A stretch of 64,000 nucleotides of DNA. Source: an uncultured Gammaproteobacteria bacterium. GTDB lineage: Bacteria; Pseudomonadota; Gammaproteobacteria; UBA9214. Every line of letters begins with the position of its first letter. The stretch's first letter is position 1. The stretch is from contig CAWGNW010000009.1 of assembly GCA_963824045.1 (NCBI GenBank), forward strand, positions 4,709 to 68,708. Direction: 5' to 3'. Positions 41,462 through 52,646 of the stretch are shown piece after piece. The position numbers were made by a program, and so were the translations under genes. The notes under the pieces are model-generated. The model saw only the letters and a list, made by a program, of their open reading frames with translations, did no database searches and was not told the DNA's origin.

Positions 41462-42327
41462 GCGTCTTCGTCCACAAACATTCACGCGTCATTATCCAGG
41501 GTTTCACCGGTCAGCACGCAACCTTTCATGCCGAAGAGGCCATGCAACACGGCACCACCGTGGTTGGCGGCGTGACGCCCGGGAAGGGCGGCATGACCCA
41601 TCTCGGCCTGCCGGTATTCGACACGGTGCACCAGGCGGTGCAGGAAACCGGCGCCGATGTCAGCGGTATTTTCGTGCCGCCGCCCTTTGCCGCCGATGCC
41701 ATCATGGAGGCGCTGGAAGCCGGGGTCGGGGTGGTGGTGGTAATCGCCGACGGCATCCCGGTCCAGGACATGGTGCAGGTGAAGCGCTACGCCGCCGATC
41801 GCAACGCCGTGATCATCGGGCCGAACACGCCGGGCATCATCACACCCCGGGCCTGCAAGGTCGGCATCATGCCGTCACATATCTACACGCCGGGCCGCAT
41901 CGGCGTGGTGTCGCGTTCCGGTACGCTAAACTACGAGGCCGTGCAGCAGATGTCCGTGCTGGGCATGGGCCAGTCGACCTCGGTCGGCATCGGTGGCGAC
42001 CCGGTGAACGGCACCGATTTCGTGACCGTGCTGCGCGCCTTCGAGGAAGACCCCGAAACGGATGCGGTGATCATGATCGGCGAGATCGGCGGGCCGCAGG
42101 AAGTTGATGCGGCGCGCTGGGCGCAGGAAAACATGAGCAAGCCCATCGTCGGCTTCGTGGCCGGCGTGTCGGCGCCGCCCGGGCGGCGTATGGGTCACGC
42201 GGGCGCCATCATCTCCGGGGAAGCCGATACCGCGAATGCGAAAATGGACCTGATGGCGGAACTGGGCGTGCACGTGGTGCGCAATCCCGCCCTGATCGGC
42301 GAGACTGCCCACCGGGTGTTTTCCTGA
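41458..42327 (+). CDS. mtkB: Succinyl-CoA-synthetase-like ligase alpha subunit, probable malate-CoA ligase small subunit
   Basis: CoA-binding fold VIIQGFTGQHATFH and a phospho-His region. Its ATG overlaps the mtkA stop (ATGA). Confidence 0.75.
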   Translation: MSVFVHKHSRVIIQGFTGQHATFHAEEAMQHGTTVVGGVTPGKGGMTHLGLPVFDTVHQAVQETGADVSGIFVPPPFAADAIMEALEAGVGVVVVIADGIPVQDMVQVKRYAADRNAVIIGPNTPGIITPRACKVGIMPSHIYTPGRIGVVSRSGTLNYEAVQQMSVLGMGQSTSVGIGGDPVNGTDFVTVLRAFEEDPETDAVIMIGEIGGPQEVDAARWAQENMSKPIVGFVAGVSAPPGRRMGHAGAIISGEADTANAKMDLMAELGVHVVRNPALIGETAHRVFS

Positions 42328-42590
42328 GCCAGGAAGGGGTGCGGACGGTTCTGTCGCTCCTGTTACCGCAGCCGCCGGGGAAATGCGGGTGCTGCCGCTG
42401 TGGCACTCCTCATGCCACTGGCGGCTGTGCCGGCGAGCGGTATTTTGGCAGTCGGGCAGCCCCGCCGGGGCAGCCCGGCGGCATTGCCTAAGACGTCCCT
42501 TCCGCTTAAACTACCGGCTCGAAATAGTGTCGATAAATTACCGTTTTTTTACGGATTTCCAGTTAGCAGAAAGTATGCACGGAGTATTGC

Positions 42591-43022
42591 ATGGCCATTG
42601 AGAGAACCTTTTCCATTATCAAACCCGACGCAGTCGCCAGGAACGTGATCGGCGAGATTGTCAGCCGGTTCGAGAAGAACGGGCTGCGCATCATCGCCTC
42701 GCGCATGCTGCATCTGAGCAGGGAACAGGCGGAAGGCTTCTATGCCGTGCACCGGGGACGTCCTTTCTTCAATGACCTGGTTGCCTTCATGATCTCCGGG
42801 CCGGTAGTCGTGCAGGTGCTCGAGGGTGAAAATGCCATCAGCAAGAACCGCGAACTGATGGGCGCCACCAACCCCCAGGAAGCAGCCCCCGGCACCATTC
42901 GCGCGGATTTCGCCAAGACCGTGGACGAAAATGCCGTGCACGGTTCCGATGCACCTGAAACCGCCGCCCAGGAAATCGAGTTCTTCTTCGGTGAAGGCGG
43001 GCTGTGTCCGAGAACCCGCTAG
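42591..43022 (+). CDS. ndk: Nucleoside diphosphate kinase
   Basis: [15 protein letters not shown]...NAVHGSD is the active-site His region. 143 aa. Confidence 0.9.
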   Translation: MAIERTFSIIKPDAVARNVIGEIVSRFEKNGLRIIASRMLHLSREQAEGFYAVHRGRPFFNDLVAFMISGPVVVQVLEGENAISKNRELMGATNPQEAAPGTIRADFAKTVDENAVHGSDAPETAAQEIEFFFGEGGLCPRTR

Positions 43023-43044
43023 TCGGACACGGGACAGGCAGGCC

Positions 43045-44148
43045 ATGACGGACGCAAGCAAAACCAATCTGCTGGACCTGGACCGGGCCGGCCTGGTGGC
43101 GTATTTCGCTGCACGCGGCGAGAAGCCCTTTCGCGCCACCCAGGTGATGAAATGGGTTCATGACCAGGGCGTGGCGGATTTTACTGCCATGACCAATATC
43201 AGCAAGGCCTTGCGGGCCAGCCTGCAGGACGAGGCCGAAATCTGCCTGCCGGAGATCGCCGCGGACAGGCTTTCGGATGACGGTTCGCGCAAGTGGTTGT
43301 TGCGGCTGGCCGACGGCAACTGTATCGAGACGGTTTTCATCCCGGAGGCGGAGCGCGGCACCCTGTGCATTTCCTCGCAGGTTGGCTGCATGCTGAACTG
43401 CAGCTTCTGTTCCACCGCGCAGCAGGGCTTCAACCGCAACCTGACGACCGGGGAGATTATTGGCCAGCTGTGGCTCGCGGCCCGCGCCCTTGGCCAGACC
43501 TCGCAGGGTGAACGCGTTGTTTCCAATGTCGTGCTGATGGGCATGGGCGAGCCATTGCTGAACTACGATAACGTGGTGCGCGCCATCCGCATCATGCTGG
43601 ACGATTTCGCCTACGGTCTTTCCAGGCGGCGCGTTACCCTGAGTACCGCCGGGGTGGTGCCTGCCATCAGCCGGCTGCGCGAAGACTGCGATGTCAGTCT
43701 CGCCGTGTCGCTGCACGCGCCTGATGACGAATTGCGCAATGAACTGGTGCCTTTGAACAGGAAATATCCGATCCAGACCCTGCTGACGGCCTGCAAGGAC
43801 TACGTCGGGGAGGGGCGCCGCCGGGTAACCTTCGAGTACGTGCTGCTGGATGGCGTCAACGACAGCGATGCGCATGCGCGGCGCCTGATCCGCTGCCTCG
43901 AGGGTGTGCCGGCCAAGGTCAACCTGATTCCCTTTAATCCGTTTCCGCAGACCCGTTACCGGCGCAGCCCGGATGCGCGCATCGGGCGTTTCTTCGAAAT
44001 CCTGAACCATGCCGGTATCGTCACGATTACCCGGCGCACCCGCGGTGATGATATCGACGCGGCGTGTGGCCAGCTGGCCGGCCGCTTCCAGGATCGTACC
44101 CGGCGCCGGGACCGCGGTTTGGCAGTGACACAGGTGGCAGGCGCATGA
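43045..44148 (+). CDS. rlmN: 23S rRNA (adenine2503-C2)-methyltransferase, radical SAM
   Basis: Radical SAM cluster motif [17 protein letters not shown] and [13 protein letters not shown]. It is the in-frame 3' part of a longer ORF. Confidence 0.9.
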   Translation: MTDASKTNLLDLDRAGLVAYFAARGEKPFRATQVMKWVHDQGVADFTAMTNISKALRASLQDEAEICLPEIAADRLSDDGSRKWLLRLADGNCIETVFIPEAERGTLCISSQVGCMLNCSFCSTAQQGFNRNLTTGEIIGQLWLAARALGQTSQGERVVSNVVLMGMGEPLLNYDNVVRAIRIMLDDFAYGLSRRRVTLSTAGVVPAISRLREDCDVSLAVSLHAPDDELRNELVPLNRKYPIQTLLTACKDYVGEGRRRVTFEYVLLDGVNDSDAHARRLIRCLEGVPAKVNLIPFNPFPQTRYRRSPDARIGRFFEILNHAGIVTITRRTRGDDIDAACGQLAGRFQDRTRRRDRGLAVTQVAGA

Positions 44149-44930
44149 AGCTCCTGCAGCATTTCACTGTCCTGCTGCTGGCCGCGCTGTTCACGGGTTG
44201 CGCAACCGTCGGCGAGGATGGCCGGTTCGTCGACCAGAAAAAGAAAAATGCCGATATTGCGCACGCCAACACCATGCTCGGAATCGAGTATCTGCGCGCC
44301 GGCAACTACGAGATGTCGCGGGAGAAACTGGACAGGGCGTTGGCCGCAGATCCAGACAGTGCCGAGGCGAATGATGCTATCGCGGTGCTCTACGAACAAG
44401 TGGGCGAACCGGACAAGGCGGAGCAGCACTACAGGAAAAGCCTGAGTTTGAATCCGGACAATCCGCGGGGACATAACAACTACGGCCAGTTCCTGTGTGT
44501 TCACGATCGCTACCAGGAGGCAGAGAAGCAATTCCTGATCGCGGCAAATGCCCCGTTCTACCCGGTACCGGCCCTGGCACTGACCAATGCCGGCCTGTGC
44601 GCCTTGCGCATTCCTGACGAGGAGATGGCCGAGAAGTATTTCCGCCAGGCGCTGGAGCTGGATCCGAAGTATCCACCGGCACTGCTGCAGATGGCGACGC
44701 TGAGCTATTCGAGGAGCAATTACCTGAGCGCCCGCGCATACCTGCAACGCTACCAGGAATCCGGCAAGGACACGCCGGAAAGTCTCTGGCTGGGAATTCG
44801 TACCGAATATGCGCTTGATGATCACCAGGCCTGGGGTAACTATGCCCTTACCCTGAGAAACAACTTCCCGAACAGTCCACAGGCTGCCGAATTGCAGAAA
44901 TGGGAGTATGAACGCCGGTCAGGAAAATGA
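44145..44930 (+). CDS. pilF: Type IV pilus assembly TPR lipoprotein PilF/PilW
   Basis: Lipobox [10 protein letters not shown] followed by TPR repeats. Its ATG overlaps the rlmN stop. Confidence 0.75.
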   Translation: MKLLQHFTVLLLAALFTGCATVGEDGRFVDQKKKNADIAHANTMLGIEYLRAGNYEMSREKLDRALAADPDSAEANDAIAVLYEQVGEPDKAEQHYRKSLSLNPDNPRGHNNYGQFLCVHDRYQEAEKQFLIAANAPFYPVPALALTNAGLCALRIPDEEMAEKYFRQALELDPKYPPALLQMATLSYSRSNYLSARAYLQRYQESGKDTPESLWLGIRTEYALDDHQAWGNYALTLRNNFPNSPQAAELQKWEYERRSGK

Positions 44931-45441
44931 TGCCGTGTCCGGTCGTCCACACAGCGGTGAGACGGCGTCGATAGGCCGGCGACTGGCACATGCCAGGGAA
45001 GCGCGCAAGCTCACAATCGAGAAGGTGGCCGACAGCCTGCATCTTGATGTCAGGATGGTCGCGGCACTGGAGCGGGATGATCAGGCGGCACTGCCGTCAG
45101 CGATATTTGTGAAAGGTTACCTGCGCGGCTACGCGGGCCTGGTCGGACTGCCGGCCGAGGAACTGGTCAGCGAGTACACTGCACTTGCCGGTGAGCCGCC
45201 GCCGCTGACGGTGGTGAGCATCAAGCAGAAGGTTCCATTTTTCCAGCTACCCTCAACGCGTATGCTGCGGAAAATCATTCTGCTGCTGCTGGCAGCCATC
45301 CTGGTATGGCTGGCCTACCCCTTTGTCGAGCAACTCCTGGACAGGCGCGGCGTGCAGGAGGAGGAGTCGCAGCCGGGGCGTCTGGAGCTGCCACCGGTAG
45401 ACAGTGAGGCGGGTTCCGCGCCAGGGTTTGAAACCGAATAA
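44908..45441 (+). CDS. rodZ: RodZ-like cytoskeleton protein (XRE-type HTH plus one transmembrane helix), short form
   Basis: HTH region SIGRRLAHAREARKLTIEKVADSL and a transmembrane helix ILLLLAAILVWLAY. Its position between pilF and hisS matches the conserved neighbourhood. Confidence 0.55.
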   Translation: MNAGQENDAVSGRPHSGETASIGRRLAHAREARKLTIEKVADSLHLDVRMVAALERDDQAALPSAIFVKGYLRGYAGLVGLPAEELVSEYTALAGEPPPLTVVSIKQKVPFFQLPSTRMLRKIILLLLAAILVWLAYPFVEQLLDRRGVQEEESQPGRLELPPVDSEAGSAPGFETE

Positions 45442-45525
45442 CTTGCCGCGAACAGCGAGCCGGTAGATAGGACTACGGGCGCAGCGCGCCATTACAACAC
45501 CCGGACAGGCACGGCAAACCACAGT

Positions 45526-46812
45526 ATGTCGAAGACGATCCAGGCCGTTCGCGGCATGAACGACATTCTTCCTGCAGAGACCGCTGCCTGGCAGCACCTC
45601 GAGGAGACCCTGAGACGTGTCGTGCATGCCTACGGTTATCACGAGATCCGGATGCCGTTGCTGGAGAAGACCGAGCTGTTCAAACGTTCCATCGGTGAAA
45701 TTACCGATATCGTTGAAAAGGAAATGTATAGCTTCGACGATCGCAACGGGGACAGCCTGACACTGCGGCCCGAGGGGACCGCCAGCTGCGTACGTGCCTG
45801 CATGGAACACGGTCTGCTGCACAACCAGACTCAGCGACTCTGGTACGCGGGTCCCATGTTCCGGCATGAACGTCCGCAGAAAGGCCGCTACCGCCAGTTT
45901 CACCAGGTCGGTGTCGAGGCCTTCGGCATGGCAGGACCGGATATCGATGCGGAGCTGATCTTCATGACCGCCCGCATCTGGGAGCGGCTGGGCCTGTCCG
46001 GGGCTGTGCTGCAACTGAACTCGCTGGGGACGCTGCAGGCGCGGGCGGCGTATCGGGACGCCCTGGTCGATTACCTGCAGACACATGCCGCCGCCCTGGA
46101 CGCAGACAGCCTGCGGCGACTCGACAGCAATCCGCTGCGGATCCTGGACAGCAAGAACCCGGACATGCAGGCCCTGCTGGCGGCTGCCCCCGGGCTGCCG
46201 GAATACCTGGACGATGAGTCACGCGAGCATTTCACGGAACTTTGCGCCCTGCTGGATGCTGCCGGAGTTCGTTATGAACTGAACCCGCGGCTGGTGCGCG
46301 GTCTGGATTATTATTCAAAAACCGTGTTCGAGTGGGTTACCGATCAGCTCGGTGCGCAGGGTACAATCTGCGCCGGTGGCCGTTATGACGGACTGGTGGA
46401 GTACCTCGGGGGCAGGCCGGTACCGGCAGTCGGATTTGCAGTGGGACTCGAACGCTTGCTGGGCTTGCTGGCAGCCGGGGGTGTCGAGCTGCCCGGGAAT
46501 GTTCCGCACGTCTACCTGGTTCTCGACGGCGAGCAGGGCTCGCGGCGCGGCATGGTGTTCGCCGAGGAACTGCGCGCCGCGCTGCCCGGCCTGCGGCTGC
46601 AGGCGAACTGCGGTGGCGGCAGTTTCAAGAGCCAGTTCAAGCGGGCTGACCGGAGCGGAGCGAGCTTTGCTCTGGTGATCGGTGACGACGAAGCGGCGCA
46701 GCAGCAGGTGGTACTCAAGCCACTGCGCAGTGAAGCCGCCCAGGAAACGGTATTGCAAGGGGATATCGCCGGCATTCTCGGTGATCGGCTGCAGCTCGCT
46801 GCCGTGACCTGA
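45526..46812 (+). CDS. hisS: Histidine--tRNA ligase
   Basis: Class II aaRS motifs. 428 aa. Collinear with E. coli HisS. Confidence 0.9.
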   Translation: MSKTIQAVRGMNDILPAETAAWQHLEETLRRVVHAYGYHEIRMPLLEKTELFKRSIGEITDIVEKEMYSFDDRNGDSLTLRPEGTASCVRACMEHGLLHNQTQRLWYAGPMFRHERPQKGRYRQFHQVGVEAFGMAGPDIDAELIFMTARIWERLGLSGAVLQLNSLGTLQARAAYRDALVDYLQTHAAALDADSLRRLDSNPLRILDSKNPDMQALLAAAPGLPEYLDDESREHFTELCALLDAAGVRYELNPRLVRGLDYYSKTVFEWVTDQLGAQGTICAGGRYDGLVEYLGGRPVPAVGFAVGLERLLGLLAAGGVELPGNVPHVYLVLDGEQGSRRGMVFAEELRAALPGLRLQANCGGGSFKSQFKRADRSGASFALVIGDDEAAQQQVVLKPLRSEAAQETVLQGDIAGILGDRLQLAAVT

Positions 46813-46852
46813 GTGCGAGCCCGTGCACACACATAATGTCTAGTGACAGGAG

Positions 46853-47521
46853 TTGTTGATGGATACGCTTACAACCGAAGAACAGCAACTTGCCGCCATT
46901 AAACAATGGTGGAAAGAGAACGGCAGTTCCATTGTAACGGGCGTCGTGCTGGGGCTGGCCGTGTTGTTCGGCGGCAAGGCCTGGTTCGCCTACCAGGAGC
47001 GCAATGCGCAGACTGCATCGAACATCTATGCCGCCATGATGCGCGCTCTGCAGGCGGGTGATGCCCTGAATACGGGCGAGAAGGCCGGTCTGTTGCTGGC
47101 TGACTACGGCAACACACCCTATGCGTCACTCGGGGCACTGGCACTGGCACGCATCAGGCTGGAGGAGGGTGAAGCGGACGCAGCCCGCGGGCAGCTGCAA
47201 TGGGTGCTCGACAACAGCGACAGCGCGATCTTCCGCGATATCGCCCGCCTGCGCCTGGCTCGCGTTCTGATTGCCGGCGGGGAACTGGATGCCGCCACGG
47301 CCGTGGTCGGGCAGACGGAGTCTGCCGGCGCCTTCAATGCCCTGTTTACCGAGGTGCGGGGCGACATCCAGCGCGCTCGCGGCGACCTGACCGGGGCGAG
47401 TGACGCCTACCAGCAGGCGCTGGCCGCCATGCCCCCGGGTACGCAGGAACGGGATTTGCTGCAGCTCAAGTATACCGATGCCCTGGCGGCAGCTTCCTCC
47501 GCGGCGGAGTCCGCAAAGTGA
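46853..47521 (+). CDS. yfgM: YfgM-like membrane-anchored TPR protein (UPF0070)
   Basis: N-terminal TM helix plus TPR repeats. Conserved position between hisS and bamB. Confidence 0.7.
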   Translation: MLMDTLTTEEQQLAAIKQWWKENGSSIVTGVVLGLAVLFGGKAWFAYQERNAQTASNIYAAMMRALQAGDALNTGEKAGLLLADYGNTPYASLGALALARIRLEEGEADAARGQLQWVLDNSDSAIFRDIARLRLARVLIAGGELDAATAVVGQTESAGAFNALFTEVRGDIQRARGDLTGASDAYQQALAAMPPGTQERDLLQLKYTDALAAASSAAESAK

Positions 47522-48678
47522 AACGCACCTTTGCGATTCTGCTGCTGGTAATGGTGTTGCCGGGTTGCTCCTGGGTTTCGGGTTTGTTTGGCGGCGAGGA
47601 CAATTCCGAGCCTCCCACCCCCCTGAAAAAGCTGGAAGACCCGCTGCCGCTCAAGAAGCTCTGGAGCAAGGGGATCGGTGCCGGCTATGAGAAACAATTC
47701 CTCAATCTGGTACCGGCCAGTGCGGATGGCCAGATAGTCGTTGCCGATCGCAAGGGCCGCGTCCTGGCACTGGATGCACTCACGGGCAAGGAACACTGGG
47801 ATGTAAAGACGGGTGCTACCGTATCCGCGGGGCCGGGTGCCGGGGAGGGGCTGGTGCTGCTGGGTACCAGTAATGCCGAGGTAATGGCGCTGAACGCTGC
47901 GGATGGCAGTAAACGCTGGGTAGCTGCGGTCAGCAGCGAGGTGCTGTCGGTACCGCAAATCGATCTGGACCGGGTCATCGTGCAGGCGGTCGACGGTACC
48001 CTCACCGCCCTGGATGCGGAAACCGGTGCGCAGCTCTGGATTTATGACCGCACCGTGCCGGTGCTGACCTTGCGCGGCACCAGTACACCGGCAGTCGAGC
48101 ACGGCCTGGTGGTGGCGGGCTTTGCGAACGGCAAGCTGGTCGCCCTCAGCGCCGAAAAGGGGTTCGTGGGCTGGGAGACCAATATCGCTATCCCGCAGGG
48201 CCGCTCGGAACTGGAACGCATCGTCGATATCGATGGCAACCCGATTATCGTCGGCACCGCGGTTTACGTAACCACTTACCAGGGGCGCATTGCGGTCATC
48301 GACCTGCAGAGCGGGAATCCCGGCTGGAAGCGTGATATGTCGTCGTATGTCGGGCTGGGCGTCGATTTTTCCCAGGTCTATGTGACCGATGCCGACAGCC
48401 ATGTATGGGCACTGTCGCGCAGTACCGGGGCAACGGTGTGGCGGGTGGAGGAACTGGCCAACCGTCGCCTGACTGCACCGGTGCCATACAAGGATTACAT
48501 CGCGGTCGGAGACTACGAAGGCTATGTGCACCTGCTGTCACGCTATGACGGCCATATCGTCGCGCGGGTCAGGGCTGACGGTGATGCCATCCGTGCCCGG
48601 CCGCTGGTGGTTGACGACATCCTCTATGTCTACAGCACCGACGGTAAACTTTCCGCCTATACCCTGGGAGCAGAATAG
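47518..48678 (+). CDS. bamB: Outer membrane protein assembly factor BamB (PQQ beta-propeller lipoprotein)
   Basis: Lipobox LLLVMVLPGCSW followed by PQQ-like repeats. Confidence 0.85.
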   Translation: MKRTFAILLLVMVLPGCSWVSGLFGGEDNSEPPTPLKKLEDPLPLKKLWSKGIGAGYEKQFLNLVPASADGQIVVADRKGRVLALDALTGKEHWDVKTGATVSAGPGAGEGLVLLGTSNAEVMALNAADGSKRWVAAVSSEVLSVPQIDLDRVIVQAVDGTLTALDAETGAQLWIYDRTVPVLTLRGTSTPAVEHGLVVAGFANGKLVALSAEKGFVGWETNIAIPQGRSELERIVDIDGNPIIVGTAVYVTTYQGRIAVIDLQSGNPGWKRDMSSYVGLGVDFSQVYVTDADSHVWALSRSTGATVWRVEELANRRLTAPVPYKDYIAVGDYEGYVHLLSRYDGHIVARVRADGDAIRARPLVVDDILYVYSTDGKLSAYTLGAE

Positions 48679-48748
48679 CGCACCGGGATGGCCGCGTGGT
48701 CCCGGGTTTTCACTTGCCGGCGCCTGTACTGAACAACGAGCATAAACC

Positions 48749-50149
48749 ATGATACCGGTCATCGCCCTGGTGGGCCGCCCCAATGTCGGCAAGTCAACGC
48801 TGTTCAATCGACTCACCCGCACCCGAGACGCACTGGTTGCCGACGTCCCGGGGCTGACGCGCGATCGCAAGTATGGCGACGGCAGGGTGGGCGACCGGCC
48901 GTTTATCGTGATCGATACCGGCGGCTTGAGCGGCGCCACCGATGACCTGGACGGCATGATGGCGCAACAGGCCTGGCAGGCAATCAACGAGGCCGACCAG
49001 GTGTTTTTCCTGGTCGACGGGCGTGCCGGACTGACAGCAAGCGACGAGATGGTAGCGATGGCACTGCGCCGTACCGGGAAACCGGCCGTGCTGGTGGTCA
49101 ACAAGACCGACGGTGTAGATCCCGATACTGCGATGGCGGAATTCCACACCCTCGGACTCGGTGAACCGGTGCCGATCGCTGCGGTGCACGGACGCGGCGT
49201 CACGGCACTGATTACCCACGCCCTGGAAAGCCTGCCGGACACAGCAGCTGTTGACACGGATGACGAAACCGCCAGCGGCCGTATTCGTGTGGCTGTCGCC
49301 GGGCGTCCCAATGTCGGCAAGTCCACCCTGATCAACCGCATGCTGGGCGAGGAACGGGTGCTGGCCTATGACCAGCCGGGCACCACCCGGGACAGCATCT
49401 TCATCCCCTTCGAACGTGACGGGGTCGACTACACACTGATCGATACGGCCGGCGTGCGGCGTCGTGCACGCGTGCACGAGGCGATCGAGAAGTTCAGTGT
49501 CATCAAGACGCTGCAGGCCATCGATGCGGCACACGTGGTGATCCTGGTGCTGGACGCGCACCAGGGTATTGGCGATCAGGATGCCAGCCTGGCCGGGTAT
49601 ATTGCGGAAAAGGGGCGTGCTCTGGTGGTCGCGGTGAACAAGTGGGACGGCCTGCAGTCGCACGAGCGCAGCGATCTGGTTGCGCAACTGGAGCGCAAGC
49701 TGCCGTTTCTGGGCTTTGCGACCACCTGTTTTATTTCGGCCCGGCACGGTACCGGCGTCGGTGACCTGTTTCCGGAAATCACCCGGGCCTATGCTGCTGC
49801 CACGCGGGAGCTGTCGACACCCGAACTGACCACGATTCTCGAGCAGGCGGTCCAGGAACACCAGCCGCCGCTGGTCCGGGGGCGGCGCATCAAGTTGCGT
49901 TACGCCCACCAGGGCGGACGGAATCCGCCGCTGATCGTAATACACGGTAACCAGACCGAACACCTGCCAGACAGCTACCGGCGCTACCTGGTCAATGTCT
50001 TCCGTGAGGCATTGCGACTGTCAGGCACTCCGATCCGACTCGAGTTCCGGACCGGCAGCAACCCCTTCCAGGGTCGCAGGAACAAGCTAACCCCGCGCCA
50101 GGAAAAGCGCCGCACGCGACTGGTGCGGCACGTCAGGAAAGCACACTAG
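48749..50149 (+). CDS. der: Ribosome biogenesis GTPase Der (EngA)
   Basis: Two GTPase domains ([12 protein letters not shown] and [12 protein letters not shown]) plus a KH-like C-terminus. Confidence 0.9.
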   Translation: MIPVIALVGRPNVGKSTLFNRLTRTRDALVADVPGLTRDRKYGDGRVGDRPFIVIDTGGLSGATDDLDGMMAQQAWQAINEADQVFFLVDGRAGLTASDEMVAMALRRTGKPAVLVVNKTDGVDPDTAMAEFHTLGLGEPVPIAAVHGRGVTALITHALESLPDTAAVDTDDETASGRIRVAVAGRPNVGKSTLINRMLGEERVLAYDQPGTTRDSIFIPFERDGVDYTLIDTAGVRRRARVHEAIEKFSVIKTLQAIDAAHVVILVLDAHQGIGDQDASLAGYIAEKGRALVVAVNKWDGLQSHERSDLVAQLERKLPFLGFATTCFISARHGTGVGDLFPEITRAYAAATRELSTPELTTILEQAVQEHQPPLVRGRRIKLRYAHQGGRNPPLIVIHGNQTEHLPDSYRRYLVNVFREALRLSGTPIRLEFRTGSNPFQGRRNKLTPRQEKRRTRLVRHVRKAH

Positions 50150-50631
50150 GACTTCCCCCGTCTGACCGCATAGCAGCTTATATATACCCGAAGATGTCAT
50201 GAGGAGTATCAGGGCAGTTGCAATTTGCGCAACAAACACCTGCCCGAACAGGCATGATGATTTCATAGTGATCTACCCGAAAACCCTGCCCGTTTCTGGA
50301 TTTACAGCCAGAAATTTGTTGTTGATTCTTGACTGTTATCCCAACCATATCCCAACAGCATATCCACCATCAGGCTCTGATAGATTCAGGATGACACATA
50401 TACCGCGTTATCAGTTCGCAGATGTTCCAAACGGGTCGTTACCCGTCCTTCAATGTAATCCTGTACCAGAAAATCCTCCAGGGCCGGGTTCGGGCAGCTT
50501 CTTGTCGTTCTTCAGATTCGGTCGCGTTTCTGAAAAGCAGCAACCCCGGTCTTTTGGCAGCTGGAGAAGTTGAAAAAGAAAACATTGGGATGATCCACAA
50601 TGAGGGCTTGATCAACTGGTCCTTGATACAA

Positions 50632-50922
50632 TTAACTGGACACGAGCTTATCAACTTCCTGCTCTGCCTCGACCCAGTCCTGCAACTCGCCCCCTGGTTC
50701 GAACCCCCTGTTTTCTGCCTTATGGTAGGCAGTGATGGCAATCATCTTCCAGCGTTCCTCTGGCGAAATGTTTATCGACGATATATCCGGCATGGAGGTG
50801 TTTGCGGGGTTCTTTGCGACCTTTCTCGTGGTGGTTTTCTTTACGTTGACTGCCTTTTTCTCGGGCACTGCTTCCTTGGCAGCTTTCTTCGTGGAAGATT
50901 TCTTTTTGATAGGGGGATTCAT
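50632..50922 (-). CDS. DUF2934 domain protein with Lys-rich N-terminus
   Basis: C-terminal EERWKMIAITAYHKAENRGFEPGGELQDWVEAEQEV matches the DUF2934 consensus. AGGAGA lies 6 nt upstream of the ATG. Confidence 0.7.
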   Translation of the reverse strand: MNPPIKKKSSTKKAAKEAVPEKKAVNVKKTTTRKVAKNPANTSMPDISSINISPEERWKMIAITAYHKAENRGFEPGGELQDWVEAEQEVDKLVSS

Positions 50923-51767
50923 GACACTCTCCTGTCAGTTGATGGTAGACACTCTGGTTTGTTGAAAACAGGTGGAGACATTGAGGGTTCCTGTACTCGT
51001 ATGTCGCCAAGGTTACTTTTGTAAAAAAAACGCATTATCCCACCAACAACCCGGGATGTCTTGCCTTGCTCGGGTATGCAGTTCCGGTGACTCAACCCGG
51101 GAAGAGTATGTTCCCGTGTGTGCACCGGGTCAGTATGTCGTGAGTGCCGGGAAACGATCGTGTGTACCCTGTCTTTGCGCAAGGGCGCATGCTCCAGAAT
51201 CACAATAACTTGCCCCTTTCCCGGGTCCCCGGCCTGCTTCCGGCGGGGCACTGCGATCATCCTTTTCGAAAGACTGTTGATCCCGTTCCGCCATGTTTCC
51301 ATTCCTCCCTGTTTGCGTTCCTTGTTCAGGGCTTCGCGCCAGCCGACATCCCGGGCGAGTCGAATCGGCACAGTATACTCAACCCTGTCAGCACCTTGCC
51401 AGGTGTCGAGTGTTTTATGCCCCTTTATAGACCGTGTACAGGAAACATAGCCGACGCATCTCGAGACAATCCAGCCGATAAACGGGGTGGATTCAGCGGT
51501 TATATCCTGTTCAGTCCAGGGGCGATATTCCCCGGGTTCCCGTGAAGGCCAGGTAAGTACCGGCAGACCTTCGGTTTCTGCCCACTATCTGGTAATACCG
51601 GCAATCAGCCTGCAGGAGTTGGCGGGGGTCGGTGGATGGCAGTCGGACGAAATGTCTTGCGGTATCCCGTTCTTGCACAGGAGCAGCTGGCATGCGCGGC
51701 GGCTCGTATTGAGATGCCGCCGGGGACCGTCGCGAATCACACTGCGACTGCGCTGCGCCAGAAAAGC

Positions 51768-51800
51768 AAAAGGCCCGCACCAGGATGCAGGCTTTTTACT
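51768..51800. terminator. Bidirectional rho-independent terminator downstream of the Gly/Tyr-rich protein gene
   Basis: AAAAGGCCCGCAccaggaTGCAGGCTTTTT: a stem flanked by an A-run and a T-run. Confidence 0.45.
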
Positions 51801-51910
51801 CTATGGTACGCCCGGTGTATCCGTGGCTGACTGGTCGGTCAGCTTTTGCCCCCGGCATTACTGCACAGGCATATTTCCGGACCTGTTTACCCGGTACATT
51901 CTGTTCGGTC

Positions 51911-52297
51911 CTATTCAGGCAGCCTTGGTGGAGGGGCGGCTTGCTCTGCGCCACTTGTCGGGTTTACAACAATGGTCCTCTGCTGCCCGTAACCACCATA
52001 ACCACCATAACCGGGATAGCCACCATAACCACCATAACCACCATAACCGGGATAGCCACCATAACCACCATAACCGGGATAGCCACCATAACCATAGGGT
52101 CCACCTCCGTAGCCGTAGGGTCCATAGCCTCCGTAATCACGGTCATAATACCTGTGATGATCATTGTCATTGTTAAACCACTTGTCCGGCTTCATCATGT
52201 TGCCCATATCGAAGGCCTGCGCGACATTCGCCGCAGCGAGAATTGTCATGCCAAGGGCAGTTCCTGTTGCTACTGAAATGATTTTTATCCGATTCAT
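51911..52297 (-). CDS. Secreted glycine/tyrosine/proline-rich low-complexity protein
   Basis: Signal peptide MNRIKIISVATGTALGMTILAAANVAQA, then DRDYGGYGPYGYGGGPYGYGGYPGYGGYGGYPGYGG... GAGGT lies 8 nt upstream of the ATG. The DNA underneath is a near-perfect tandem repeat (ccaccataacc-type units). Confidence 0.55.
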   Translation of the reverse strand: MNRIKIISVATGTALGMTILAAANVAQAFDMGNMMKPDKWFNNDNDHHRYYDRDYGGYGPYGYGGGPYGYGGYPGYGGYGGYPGYGGYGGYGGYPGYGGYGGYGQQRTIVVNPTSGAEQAAPPPRLPE

Positions 52298-52646
52298 TAC
52301 GGTTACCTCATGGTTGCCATTATTTAACTCGAACCCGGGTTCAAGCAGTTTAACCAGTAATCAGGTGGGCCAGGTGACTGTGCATATCTTCAAATGAGCT
52401 GACTTCCACATATACCCGCTTATAAAACAGACAGCCATACTGCATGATTTACAAACATATTGCATGGTAATCTTGTGCAACGCTGCCTTGGTGGCAGGTG
52501 CCATGGAAAATCCCTGCCGGAATAATATTTGCCCTGCGTCTGGGGACAGTGTAATCGAAATCCCTTGTCGGGTAATTCCTGAAGGGCTATAAGTCAGTTT
52601 GCGCCCCTGGTTTATCGTATTAAACAAAGCCGGTTCGGGGATAATA

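Noticed and set aside
50919-51371. 150-aa minus-strand ORF (GTG start) overlapping the DUF2934 start by 4 nt
   Set aside because: Arg/His-rich composition, no ATG and no SD. The DUF2934 gene has its own strong RBS, so the overlap need not imply coupling. Kept as possible but unsupported.
51636-51830. Plus-strand ORF ending ...AARIEMPPGTVANHTATALRQ resembling region 4.2 of an ECF sigma factor
   Set aside because: Only a weak resemblance to the GTVKSR hallmark, no upstream sigma-2 region, and the predicted terminator hairpin lies inside it. At most a decayed gene remnant.
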